Notes under the pieces: model-generated
Databases searched by the model: none
The model's input: the letters and a program-made list of their open reading frames with translations, nothing else
Told to the model about the DNA's origin: nothing
From: Marsupella aquatica
Lineage: Eukaryota; Plantae; Marchantiophyta
DNA length: 64,000 bases
NCBI GenBank assembly: GCA_973895155.1
Contig: OZ316897.1
Span: 18,696,457-18,760,456, forward strand
Direction of reading: 5' to 3'
Translations under genes and position numbers: made by a program
Shown: positions 12,501 to 26,445 of the stretch, piece by piece
Position numbering within the stretch: the stretch's first letter is position 1
How the letters are laid out: each line of letters begins with the position of its first letter

Positions 12501-14698
12501 TCTGTAGAGTGTTGTTGCTCAAATGACAGACAATACATCTCCATCAAACAAACAGTCCCCTCCATGATTGACCTGGCGACTTTCGAGTAACCACAGCCCA
12601 ATTCATTTGTCTCTTTGAAAGTACAGGGTGTGATGACAATGTAGTTCATAATAAATCAATTAAATGACATATATAATAAGTAACTCTACTCCTCCACCGC
12701 TAAGCAAACTATAAATGACCAGCTCCCACGACGCAACTACATAAACAATGACTAAACTTCGTGAACAAATGATAAGACGAAATCTTTTTGGGAGAAAGGT
12801 GCATCGTTGCTTTAAGCTGGCCTAGAATACCTACAGTCCGAGAACCCCTATGCTACTCCTACGCAACAAAAAGTTCACTCCATTAATTTAGTTACCAAAC
12901 CCCGGTAGTCTTCTTTATCCGTTGTCCCGTGGCCCCACTCCGGCCCTCCCTCCCCCCCAGGGCCCAGGCCCCCCTCCGGCCCTCCCCCCTAGGCCCCCTC
13001 CCTGCCTGGCACCCACGGCATATGACATGACGCACTTGCGCTCCCGTCAAATGCCTTGAAATGTCCCGACATGAGCTGACATGACATGACTTGCCTTACT
13101 TTCGACATGACTGCGAGTTACTCGCAGTACATTGGTAATTTGGTAGACCTCCCTGAGAGATGTACATTATTTGACGGCATTCTCTCCGGCCAACGTGACA
13201 GACGGGAATGAGGGCCTCCAACGAGCATTCACAAGCGGCCACCATTTCCTCTGCCAACGGGTTACGGGTACTTTCCATCGCGACCGTCAATACCGCTTCC
13301 ACCAGTCCATCGTCACCACAGGCCCCTAAATAATGTGCGGTTCCAAAAACCGTGGGGTGTGAAAACACTTTAGCGGGCTCAGGCAAATGGGGAACAATTC
13401 AACTCCGCACTCTACAGTGGCTCCTGAAAATATTTTTAGAATACTTTAGTCGGGATAAGTTCTAAATACGCTCTTTACAATATATAGTGTCCAACACTCG
13501 ATAGGTGTGATGTTATATTTGGGGTGGGTGAGTGTAATTACTGTTTGTGACACTATTATGGTATAGTATCACTTGTATGAACATCGTGTTACTTGCATGA
13601 GAATTCAAAGGTTACCCCTAATTAGTATGTGTGTGACACTAACTGTTTAGTGACACTAAATACTCTAAACAGTGTAGCTAAATCCTGTACAGAGTAGCTG
13701 TGTCTTAGAAGGGGCAGTTGTATTAGAGTTGTAGAGATGCAGTGGAAAACAAGTCTTCTGCTGACATAAATGGCAAACACATACTCTGGCTAGGAGTGTG
13801 ACATACTTGAAAGACATTTCTAATTTCGGAAGAGAAACAACTTTAGACTTTCTTTGTGATTTTGCTAAATTTCTAAGAAAGCCTTTGCTTGGATAAAAAA
13901 AGTTTTTATATTTGTATTACTAAGGTGGCCTCTGTTCCGGGAATGTTCTATATTCCTAGGCAGTACGCGGGTACAAGGAGAACCCGCTAGTCCGCCTAGT
14001 CGGGTTCAGATGATGACATGACATGACGCCAAATGACATTCAATAATTTGGTCAGACGAGTGAGAGTACCAGAGGAGAGATTTGGTCATTTGGGCATAGA
14101 TACCGATTCGTCTACCGGGTGGGTTCACTCAAGTGGGTCTGATGGCAGGGGACGGAGCGATAATAATAGTGGCAAGAATCCATTCTATCCGAGCCTATCT
14201 ACGCTAGGTACTAGGTACGTTCCTAGCCTGAGGTGGATCCACGCCTGCCCGGCCGAGTCTCTGCAGCTGTTGCAGCGGTAGGCATCCTGTTTGCTATGGT
14301 AGTATGGTAGTCTCAGCGGACCTCTCCGGTACCGCCGTCGCCTTCGTTAACTCACCGTCCGACATGCACATTTATGGTTCCAATTGCAGTCAGCAGCACA
14401 GTGGACTTCTCGACCCTGCGCTACCTCCGTCGACCCAGGTGTCACCAGCGCAGTTACTTGAAGTATGGCGAACGTCACCTTGTGTGAACGAGAGACTCTG
14501 CTAGGTATCTTTGTTATGTCATTTCCCCATGAGATTTTCCTGTGAGATCTCCGTAATTCAACAGAGAGGACCTATATTAGCCTTAATAGAGGACCCAAAT
14601 GTAACAGGGGCCCTAAACCAACAGACTAGCAGAGGACCTCAATTTACCAGAGGACCTCAATTAGCAGCGGACCTGAATTTAACAGTGATTGTCAGATA

Positions 14699-14940
14699 CT
14701 GGCTAATGGGGTCTGTGTTGGAGGGAACTGGCCATAGGAAGACAGAAAACGTGGCTAGCTAATTTTAAACAACCGTTTTGGAGAGATCAAATCTGGGAGG
14801 TTTTAGTCACTAACGATCCTGGCTAATGTGGTCTGTGGGTTGGAGTGAACTGGCAATGGAAGACAGAAAACTTGGCTAGATATTATTTTCACAAACTTTT
14901 TCTGGAGAGATAAAATCTGGGGGTTTTAGTCACTTAACGA
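14699..14940. repeat. Tandem duplication, ~120-bp unit, 2 copies
   Basis: ctggctaatg..gtctgtg..ggaagacagaaaac.tggctag...ttttagtcact.aacga at 14699 and 14819. Confidence 0.8.
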
Positions 14941-15814
14941 AAAACTAGGTTTCACCAGGGTGTTGTCCAACCATGACTGACTTCCTAAGATTAGCCTAGT
15001 AAGGGGGGCTTGATGAGAACTTAAGGGCACAAATTGTCATCTGTTCTAAACATGGACATTAGCGTCTCAAACCTGCTGGTTTCCATTTCCTTTTGGTCAG
15101 CCAGCCAGGGAAATCTCTGTTTGCAACCCTGGCGGAAGCTTAACTTTTGGGCAAACCCTACCCAGGGGTTTGGTTAGCTCAACATCATCAATTTTTTCAA
15201 ATTTTATTATTTTGTGGAGGCACCAATGCATTCCTGGGGACCAACTTAAACCACACCTGCCACTATAAAAGTCTCATTTGATGTCTCACTACTCACCATA
15301 AAAGATGGAACACTAACACTTTTTGTAAAGTACTTGCCATAAAAAGGTTTTGCAGTCAGTTTGTGAAGTCCATTTCTGAACCTGTGCTCTTTACAATGAA
15401 AGTTACGGGTTACCTGTAGCCCTTTATAGAGGCAGTTGTGATATATATGTGGATGCCAGTCAGTTTTTGGTGTGGTTTTGCTTGCTTACTCTTTGTGCGG
15501 ATGTACTAATGCCCGAGCTAGTTGCACTAGTGGTTTCGCAGACCAATTTGTTAGGCAGATGCCAGTCAGTTTTTGGTGTGGTTTTTGCTTGCCAATTCTT
15601 GGTGCAGATGTACAAATGCCCTAGGTACTAGTGGTTTTGGGGCATCGCGGATTTTTGACCTACAACCCTGCCAACAGCATTCCAGTCAGTGAAACCTCTA
15701 TGAAACAGCTACTGTAGTTTGAGATGCCCTATTGGATACAGTAATCAAAATGCCTGGTGTCAGGTCTGGAGAAAATAACTGCAAGATTCCAAATAGAAAT
15801 GTACCAAGCTGTCC

Positions 15815-16030
15815 ACTCTTTAGACGACCTCAAGAGGGGGTCTATGTTTAGATGAAAAAAAACATGCACACATCAGCAGAAAAGGGGACCCACTAGACAC
15901 TGACTAGGATCCATAATGGTTTAACAGATTGTACTTGCAAGTTCATGGAGTAAAGTGGTCTCTATCCACATTTGAATAGCTAACATTGCATGTCAGACAT
16001 GAAACAAAAGACAGGAGTCCCCCTAGGCCC
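15815..16030 (+). mobile_element. Degenerate partial copy of the MITE at 9073-9560
   Basis: tttagacgacctcaagagggggtcta...gacccac...gactagg...aagttcatg...ccacat.tgaat.gcta is colinear with 9316-9510. Confidence 0.6.
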
Positions 16031-19000
16031 CTATGCACACACTGTTGTTGATATTGTTTTGATTTAGGGAGTGGGGAAGGTAAGGAGTATCAGTGCAACT
16101 GGTAGGACGGCTCAATCAAGGGAAAACCTCTCAATTTTGAATAGGATATTGTCTTGGTGAGGAGGCATTATGAGATATGCTACCCCCAAATACAAGGGTG
16201 GTAGCCTAAGTTTTGAGGGGCATTATTCTCATAATGCTTGTAACTAGGACATTAATCGCATTAAATTTTGACTGATTTTTTGATAGTGGACAAGAAGAAG
16301 TGAATCTCTTAACTAAGAAATTGATTTAAAAGGGGCATAGAAGAAGTGGTTGCCATGCAATTGGCCAAAACACATGAAAAAAGTTGAAAACAAATCTTGC
16401 AACCTTTGATGCAATTTATTATAATTCTGTTTTTCTGACAACTATATTTTGGATTTACCTTTCCAAAATATATTGTGTTCTGCATATTAATCCCCTCCTC
16501 AAAAGAAGGGAGGCTGCATGGAAAATCAATTCAAAAATAGAAAGAGAAAAATCATAAAAATCTTTACATAACAATGAAAGACATAATGAGACCCAAAAGG
16601 CAGAGGAGCACAGTCAGAGGCTCAGCCACTCAGGAACAAAAGGGCCAAAAGGAAGGAAACAACCCAGGAGAAACTACAGTCGAGGCCTTAAAGGCCCAAC
16701 CAAAAATTTGATAGGAGGTAAGGACCCAAAATCCACCAACTTCAGCATGTGTACACCAATATGCCTGCCAATCAACATGCAATGTCTACAAGGCAAGACC
16801 ATTCTAAGTACTCTACTAGATATAGCCATCGATGGAGATACTCAACAGAAATGCTCCAGCCGATTGAGGCAACAATCTTCTTCAAAAGCCGGGAGTAAAT
16901 CTTGTATTGGGCAGGCAGAAACTCAGTTTCCGCCAGAAGCCCCAAAAAAGATGTTCCCTGATGTAGCATGTTCATCCTAATACATGCCTATTTTGACTTA
17001 TCCCTGATTGCTTGGCGATCTCTCAATTGCCACTGAAATGTTGACTGGCAACCCTGGAGCTACTTCACACAAACCTTTTGTGGGTTTCACCTGTTGCCCT
17101 TGCCCATGGTGACTGTTTGTATACTTCCAGTATAACTACCACCATGTCCGTAGGCATTGAAATCAGTAAATAATGCTGTCTTTTATGGCCAGAATAGTAT
17201 AGACAGAAAATCTTCATACATTCAAATCAGTATGTCTAGCATGCCATTTTGCCTAGCAAACACACCCTTAATTCTACACTGTGGCTCCATGTGAACATGA
17301 CCAACTTGTCAGGAACGAAACAGAGCTTGTAAAAGTTCATTGGGAGTTGTCTTTTATGGCCAGAATAGTATGGACAGAAAATCTTCATCCTTGAGAGAGT
17401 CAAACACATTGATCCGTAAAATTGAATGCCAGATTGAATGGAGAAGTAGTGAGGCTTTGCCACTCCTCTGAGTTTGAACGGAAAATATCATTTTTTGTGT
17501 TTCTTTGTGTGTGCTTCATGACTGGATTTGAGTCCAGTCGCCACCCTTGCACACCTCACTTCTGTCCAAAGATTCCATGTCTTTAGGCCATCAGGTATTA
17601 GAAAGCACCCTCACTAAAAAAATTTACTAGCCTGACTGCCCATTTCTTGAACAAATATAGAGGTGAATACAACACCTATTCCCATTGAATCATGTTCCAA
17701 TGACTGCTCACATGTCATCCAAATCAGAGTGACTCAATCCCCATTATCCACTCGCACCACTAATTTCAGCTATACTCCCAAAAATCACAATCTACAGTAG
17801 AAGCTTCACTCTAAATCAGAGACCCTGAAGACCAAGTTCACATCACAATTATGTACCTACTTAGATCTAGGGTGGTCTATTACGGTATTACCCTACCCGT
17901 AATATATATAGAAAGGAGTCCATTCGATAGAATTCTGGAGGATGCACGAGGTGCAATCACCTAACCTTAAAAAAACATTATAAACTCACCTCACCGAAAA
18001 ATGAGTTTCGTCACGGCTATGTCACGAGTTGCAGTAGTAGCACGTTGCTGTCGATCCCCATTTGGTATCGCTAGCTGCCTTTCTCCACCGCTGGGCGACC
18101 TTTATCAGCCCTCCTGTCCTCTCGTACGACGCCGGCGACGAAATGCATGATGGCTTTATCCCGGCCTGTTTCTCGTTCTGGCCAATGATGGGCAGAAAGG
18201 GACCGTGGATGCGATCCTGCGATAGCGAACGGACGCTCCAAATGGAGGGACTCTTCGAGCCTCGGCCCCCGCTGGCCAGGTTCGGGATCGCGCCCGGGGA
18301 ATCCTTATTGACACGGAGAGGCTAGGCTTCTGGATAACTCCACGTGACGAGATCATCGAGACGTGGCCACGCGTCCGAGGAAATCAACTGGAGGGTACGC
18401 ATGCTGGGAGGGGCCAGAGCCGGTGAACGAGGAGCCACACAAAGGCCGAATAAACAAGCGCTGGAAAATCCCGTCCAAACCGCCTTCGCGCCCGCTAAAA
18501 GTCAAAAGCTTGGCGGGCCAGCATCTCGCTATATCCAATCCCACGCCCGGTACTTTAATGCGGTCTTCGGAAACGGGAGGACAGACCGTGGGATGGACGC
18601 AGGAACTGTCGGACGGAGGGACGGACCGGCGAGTGTACGAGGAAAGGACGGGGTTGACCAATGGAATTGGAGAGGGACTTATGGATGGACGGTATTGAAG
18701 AGCCTTGTCTGAGTCTGTGCCGTGGTTGGTTTTCAGGGGCCGGGATCAGGAAGTCGCTCCACAGCCGTCCGACCGAGTCGCTCCCTCGTTTGTGGCCACT
18801 CGTTCCGCTTTACCGTATAATTTCCTGGAGCCGCCTCCGTTGGGCAACATTGGGAGTCATGTCACGAAATTTGAATTTGGCTGCTTGGTACTGTTCCTAG
18901 GTGTGTGCTGCGAGCATCTCCACCTTTTCACCCACTGAATTGTGCCAAAATCTATCCATTTAATAAGTGCAATGACAAGCTATCTATTCAATAAAGTGCA

Positions 19001-22000
19001 ATGAAAAGCTAGGATAAGGGCCTATGATTTAGAGTGCCCCTAGGGACACACACCTATGCTACAGATGGGGGTGGAAGTGGAAAGGGCAGGAAAGTACTCA
19101 CCATACCTTTACTAGCAAAACTCGATAATTTAGGCTAGTGAACTACAGTGGATGGAAGGAAAATTTTGGCAATTGCCCTCATAATATTGTGCCTGTAATT
19201 ATTTTGAGGTCCATGTCAAAATCAAAACTTTTGACCATTAGGTTGAGCTAAACCTGTCACCAAACCAGCTCTTCAAACTTCCATTCTCATCAGACGGTGG
19301 GAAAGACACATCCAGATCCCTTTGTAGAGTTCATATCAAGTTAAGAACAAACAATGAGTAGAGCAGATCAGTTTGGGGACTTTAGGTGGGGGTGTGTACT
19401 GTCAGTAGCGATGTCATCATCAAAATGTCAATAAACACACCTCTATTTTTATTGTTTAGGAGCGGTTACGACCAAACAGTGGAGATGCGTATAGGGCCTC
19501 TTCATGTGTACTCTAGTACCTATATTAGGTTTAGACCTTGGGGGAACATAGTCTACAGTAGAAGAGAGAGAAGAGCGGTTTGATTTGTGATGCTCATTTC
19601 TGAAAACGGTCAGAGATGCATTTCAATGTTGCACACCCAATCCACGTTCGACATGTCAGTGCTATCGTATTTTATTCCACTTGCAGAGTTTCAAGGAATT
19701 CTTTATTTTATTGGTGGAAAACAGCAAGTTGGAGAAAACAGCAAGTTGGAGAAAACAGCAAGTTGTACCAGCCATAAACTAGAATAGTATTTTATTCCAC
19801 TTGCAGAGTTTCAGTAGTTCTTTATTTTTCCTGTGTGACAAAAGCAACTTACACGTTGCATAAACTTGAATGCCAGTATTTTAAAATGCTCACCAAAGGC
19901 CAGTTCTTAACTCTAAAGTTATGTCATCATAATTAAATCTGTCTCTGCAAGGATCTCATTCATGCAAGGAATGCAATTCTCACGATAGATTTGAGATCTA
20001 AATCCCATGCAAGCTCATAGCTCCATATTACACTGTGTTTTATTTAATGGAATTTTTTGGGATCAAAATTACTATTTGGATGCAAGGCAATGAGCATAAG
20101 GTTAGTCATTAGATGTACAGGACTCATGTATGGGTTCGCCACTGCTCCATTCCAGGGGACGAGACTCTTGTATATCCACCCACTTATGCGGATTCACATA
20201 CAGTTCAGGCCTATTCTCCATAATGGCGTGCTTTGAAACATTATTATTGCTATCCAATTTCAAGGCTCAACTCCAATCCACCATACCAGCTTGAGTGTGG
20301 GTGATGTTGTATGACACCCTCATTTTAAATGCATGATTGACCTCTGAAACACTACAAATACTTCCACTTTCACACATGAGGTCTGGTGGTGGGTTTGACT
20401 TCTGGTAGCCTATTTTGGATTCCGCACAACATTTAAGTGGGTTCTATGCACATTATTTGGGAGTGGCCTGACAATCCCAATCCCATTGGTGGGGGCCGGG
20501 TTCCATGGCAGACCCGAGGGCCAGCTGGTTGGTCCATTCAAAACCCACTTGCCAAGCAATCATGGGCAACTTTCAAACAGAGGATCATCCCAATCAGTGT
20601 ATAGACAATTGTGAATAGAGGATCATCATAATCACTCAGTGAGCTGATAGCATGGAGATTTCATATTTAGAGTGGATTCTCCATTCATGATCCTTTCTAA
20701 TGGGAAGATCCAGTTCAATTTGCAGTTAGATCCATAGGTCTCCACTCTCTAGTCTTACATGCAAGAATAACCCAGAATTTGTTCCAAGCTTTCCAGTGAT
20801 TTGGAGGTGACTCTAAGAGGGGCTTTCCATGAATGAGAGGAATGAAAGTCAGAAATGAGGTTGTCTTCTACCATGACTGATCCAACTTAAAGGTTGATTT
20901 AGGTCCTTAGATAATTCATTTAATACACAGAATGAGAAGAGACTAAGAGGTGCTTTCAAAAGAACACGAATAATTCTGAAGAGGTGGTCTAACCATTGCA
21001 TACAATTACACTGTCGTGTGCATACACATCACTACACAACATACATTGCATGTCACACACATCCAAACATAAGAGAATGGGCTACAAGTGGAATTCATGT
21101 CCACACATGTCCAAACCCCACAATAATCTTCAATGAAATCTAACCACAGTCAATGCCAACAATATGCACAATCAATCCCGTCCGATCGATCACACACTGA
21201 TGTCAAGCCCAACGCACCTTGCATTCAAGGAATCGATGTTACGTAGAAGGAGCTCTCAGCCACCACTCGAGCTCCCCTCTCCAAGGCTCAACATCGAAAG
21301 ATAACCTTTTGATGCCTCACAATGGGAGAACTACTCTCCACACAAACCCAGCTGAAACCTATCGGCTCATATAGCACACCTACAAAATGTACAAACCTAC
21401 ATAGTACAATATGCCATAATAATACCTAGAATGGTGTAACAACACATGTTAGGAGACCCACTCCAGTCCATGTAGGAATGTCTTGTAAAATTGACCTCTC
21501 ACTTCATGTAAGACAAAGTGGATGGATCACTAGATATGAACAGTTGTCATGAAACTTAAAAGTAAAAGCCTTGGAGGTGACCGGGCAACTTTTGTCCTCT
21601 CTTTTTTGTAAAGTCCCCCTAAGATCACTTGAACTAGTTGGCAATACCATGTTGGTGCTAGATTAGTAAACACAAGTGGTCCATTGTTAAGACAACAATG
21701 AAGGCCTCTCCTGGCAAAGCTATTGATGGACTCCACTATATTGTCTCTCCATTGTTAATGATGAGACAAACATGAAAATATTATAATTTCCCAAACTTAA
21801 GCTCTTCCTGATCCCCTGCAAGGAAGGAGCACAAAGTGTGGGAAATGCCTGATGCGTCTCTAGACAACCCCTTGTTTGCTTGCAAGTTTTTGTTGCCAGT
21901 CCATTCCTTCTCTCAATCTATATTATGTAGACAAACCCCATGGGGCCATTATAAAGGTTTGCCAATGTACAAGCGCCCAAAGAGACATGACTTTGTGGTA

Positions 22001-23064
22001 ACTCACTTGAGTAGAGACTAATAGGTCTTGGGTTCAACTGTTGTGGTTGACTCTTCCCTTTCTGTGGGGTTTCACAAATTTCCCTTTAAAAAAAATTAAT
22101 AAAAGGTTTGCCAACAATAAACTACAATAGGTTCTCGTCAAGGGGAAACTGAAGCCTGAATGGACCTCCAGTTTGTCTATGAAGCCCAGATGGACTGGCA
22201 AACCTTGAAGGGCCTTGATCAAAACATTTCAATTGACTCAGATAACATTGTTGACATTTTTGACTGAAATGTGACTTGTAAACGGTCTCCTTACCATTTG
22301 CAGCCGGTTTCAATTACATTACCAAACCGGTTTCCTTGGTAACTTGAGGACTTGACAACCTTGAACTTGAAAGATGTCAAAACATCATGCCATTACTCAG
22401 GATCATCATGACGTCTTGACTACTTCCTCCCCAAGGTAGCCAAAGTAGTCAACTGCGCTCCTTGATCCGCAACCAGTTCCTTTTTTCTTGGTCTAAAAGC
22501 AACAATCTCTTTATGCAGTCCATGGGGATGGGCAGGGACAATGTTTTGGTCCATCCGGGTTTTTGTTTCTGCCAAGGGTTTCACACATTGTTCATTTCCC
22601 AGTAGTTGAGATTAGGGTGAGGATTAGGGAAACAATTGTCAATTATACAAAGGAGTGTTTTTGCAAATCTGTGGGAACCAAATACAAGACTGACTCTAAA
22701 AGACTTCAGGAATATGCCTTTTCGCACTTATCTCTTTGAATAAGATTACAAGAAAAGAGCACATCATTGCAAACTCTCTCTAAGTGCACACTCTTCGGAA
22801 GATGGATCTGGCATGCGCTAAACCAGGGTGGTGCATTCCTTCATAAGCGCACTCCCCTAAAGAGTGCACTTATTGATAAGTGCACTTGTTTTAGATTCCT
22901 TTGTTGAATTTGGAGCCCCTGCTTTAGTGCACAGTCACCCCTGCCCTAATTTGTGCCAACCCTCCTTAAGTGCATTCTATACTCTAAGAATGGGCATGCA
23001 TTTATCTGTAAATGCAATTTCATGATATTGTGCGTTCTCGATAAGAGCATAGAGACACTTATCA

Positions 23065-24065
23065 ACCCTGAGTTAAATCTACGTCAAGTTAATGCTCCCC
23101 CACTTTCCCAATGCGCCGTACACTGCCGTCCCAATCCCCGATGTTGCTGCCCGCTCCGGCCCAAGTTTGGCAGAACATAAACCAATACTCTATGATTTGA
23201 CGCATGTGTTCAGGTCCGATTGACTTTGCGCCATCGACTTTGGGTTTATGTTTTGGCACCCATCACTTTTTGTCGGCCGCTCCAGCCCGGTTGACTTTGT
23301 GTCATCAACTTTTTGGAAATAAGTGTTGCCAAGACATAAACCACAACTCCATAGAAAATAAGTATTTGGCATAACATAAACCAAGAGTCTAACAATCATG
23401 ACTCTCAACCAAAGTATTAGGCTCCCCTTGAACACTTAGACTCTATTGCAAAATAGGTATGACTCCATCGGAAAGAAGTGTTGCCAGAACATAAACCATG
23501 ACTCCATCGAGAAGAAGCATTTGGAAAAACATCAACCAAGACTCTAGAATCATGACTCTTAACCAAAATACTACGTTGTGCCTAAATGCTTAGACTGTCT
23601 TACTAAACAAACATCACTCCCTTGGAAAGAAGCCTTGCCAAAACATTAATCACAAGTCCATAGAGGATAAGTATTTGGCACAACATAAACCAAGACTCTA
23701 TAAATCATGACTCTTAACCAAAGTACTAGGCTTGCCTTGAACACTTAGACTCTCTTACAAAGAAAATATAACTCTGTTGGAAAGAAGAGTTGCCAGAACA
23801 TAAACCACGACTCCACAAGGAAGAAGTCGATGACACAAACTTAAGCCGTTCGGGCCGGAGCGAGCGAGTGTGCCAAAACATAAACCCGCAGTCGATGGCA
23901 CAAAGTCGATCGGGTTGGAGCGCATGCATTAAATCTTAGAGTATTGGTTTATGTTCTGCCAAACTTGGGCCGGAGTGGGCAGCAGCATCGGGGATTGGGA
24001 CGGGCAGTGTACGGCGCCCCGGGAAAGTGGGGGAGCATTAACTTGATGTAGATTTAACTCAGGGT
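23065..24065. mobile_element. Non-autonomous long-TIR DNA transposon (Mutator/foldback-like), 1001 bp
   Basis: ~195-bp terminal inverted repeats (accctgagttaaatctac... / ...gtagatttaactcagggt); direct repeat cttatca on both flanks (23058-23064, 24066-24072); ~155-bp internal units at 23331, 23487, 23641, 23796. Confidence 0.88.
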
Positions 24066-24248
24066 CTTATCAAGGATAAGCACCTATAAAGTTGTTTAGC
24101 AAAATAATTTTAGCCCTATGTGTGCTTAGCAAAAGCACTTGAAAAGCTCTTATCTCTTGTAAAGAAAAGGGAAGAACTGGATGACCTGCACTAATCAAGG
24201 TAAGTTATGGAGTGTGCGCTTGGAGCGAGCTGACTGTACAGGTTAGTT

Positions 24249-24416
24249 CTTGGCCATAACTGTATGGGATGGATGGCCCAGATGATTTCAAGATTGCACC
24301 ACATCTTGGCCATAACTGTATGGGATGGATGGCCCAGATGATTTCAAGATTGCACCACATCTTGGCCATAACTGTACTGGGATGGATGGCCCAGATGATT
24401 TTGAGGTTGCACCACA
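24249..24416. repeat. Minisatellite, 56-bp unit, 3 copies
   Basis: cttggccataactgtatgggatggatggcccagatgatttcaagattgcaccacat at 24249, 24305, 24361. Confidence 0.92.
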
Positions 24417-26445
24417 TGACACTACAGCATGAATCAGAGTGGATATCCATTGTTTTTTAGTTGAGAGAGTGCGAAGTAATTTCTCAATCATCCACTACAG
24501 TATCTTTCATGCCCTTGACTAAATTGTTATTCAGTGTTACTTTTCAACTTTCGAATGGATATAGATAAGAATCTTCAAATATGATTGAATTTCTTCACCA
24601 TAGGCATAGTGCCATTAGAAATCATACGGTGTCAGGTTAACTTTAATTACTGTAAGTTCTCCATCACGAAACGGTTGGCTTGGAGTAGCAACATCGAAAA
24701 TGCTGCAAATAAAATTACAAAATACTAAATGGATAAATCTTGACTACCGATAGTAAGTGGCTGAATTAGAGGATCTACGGTCAAAGTTTGACCACGGTGC
24801 TCTCACATGCACTAACTAATTTCGTCTAACGCATTCTTCCTCGATCGAGGGATAGTTGTACGAAACCCCACATGGGGGTAATCCACTTCTGGACGAGGGA
24901 GCCTTATCCCCAAATCTCCAGGATTATATAAGGGGACATATCTGCTCGTGAAAATAATTTTCTTGCAACTTAGCGGCCTTGAGTAATAGGGTATTTAATG
25001 ATATACCCTATTATAATATAATGTAGATAGATCAGTAAGTAAACATTACACGGCCAGAAGACAAATGGCGCCCAACTGGGACACACTTTCCCATATGAAA
25101 CCTAATAAAGGGAGAGGAAACAAGAGAAAATCTGGAAAACCAAAGAGCCAAAATGCCCACGGATTCAACCTAGAGTCCATCACAAGGCAATCTTTTAAAT
25201 TTGCAATTGGTTGATAGAGCTCCAGTTAACCCCAAAGGAGGGTCAAAAACCTAGTTACTGAGCAAACAAATAGTATCCTAATACAGACATTAAGCTAACC
25301 ATGTGAGTTTGCAAGGTCAACTTGAAATAAATGGATCTCAACAACAGAGCCGCTGCCCTTTGATTCAGTGGAGCTGCAATGAGGATAGGGGAGTCTGCAA
25401 GGGCACTTGTGTCCTTGCTAAATTATTCTTCTCACTTTTTCATAATCCTCCTCATCTGTACCTGTGGACATCAATGCAGAATTCCGTGCTTGCCTTTGCT
25501 ATCATTTGGCCAGTCTTTCCAGATGTTCTCATTCAATTGGGCAGCAACACTGCCCTGGGTGTCTTTCAGAATCTGCCAAGCTCCATCATATTGAAATTGA
25601 TCCCCGTTCTTTATTGTTTGTTGATACAAACTAAGAAATGGGATGAATGACCAACTAGAGGCATGAGACATGGAGTGGCACACGCTCAACAAAATCCAGC
25701 TTACTATTTGTTTTTCTTCCGTCCTGCACGGGGTGTAGTACTTCCAACCTTGTCAAATTGAATTTCCCCAGACCCTGACAAGAACCCCACCTGGCTTGTC
25801 AAAGCTCTAAACTGGCCAAACTTGAGCCTTCTTGTTTGTGAAAATCTCTTTTACGAAATGTCAGTTGGCCAACGCCAATAACAGTGTTGGATGTGACTTT
25901 TGTGTTTTGCTTATTGAATATTTGGTCATCACCGCGTCCTAGTAACCAAACCCTGTTGGGCTGGAGATGCTCTGCTATAGAAGGCATCAAAGTTGGGAAT
26001 TGATAGGAAGGAAGCATTTTTTCTTTGATGCATGGGAAACCCCAAAAAAGCATTTTGGGATGACATCCAACTTCAAAGATTTGGAAAGAGATTCCATTTG
26101 AGCTTATGGCTCAACTCTGTCCCATTCAAGCTGAAGGCTCAAAAAGAGGGAGGCAAATGGAATGATCAAAGACTAAATTGAATATCACATTTCTTTGGAT
26201 TGAATAATGTGTTCCACCAGTGCAGCAAAATAGGGTGAAAAATGAAAGGAACAATGTTAGGGAAAAAAGACTAAAGTCAGTCCAACATTTCTGGGATTAA
26301 AAGAATTTTTCCACCAGTGCAACAAAACAAAAAATGAAACTCCAATGGACAGTGGGGTTGGGTTCAATATGCAGACTTTGAAAACCTGTATAAGCCCCCT
26401 TTTTATTCACATGCCATTCAGTCCAAGGATGTTCCTGGCTATGCT

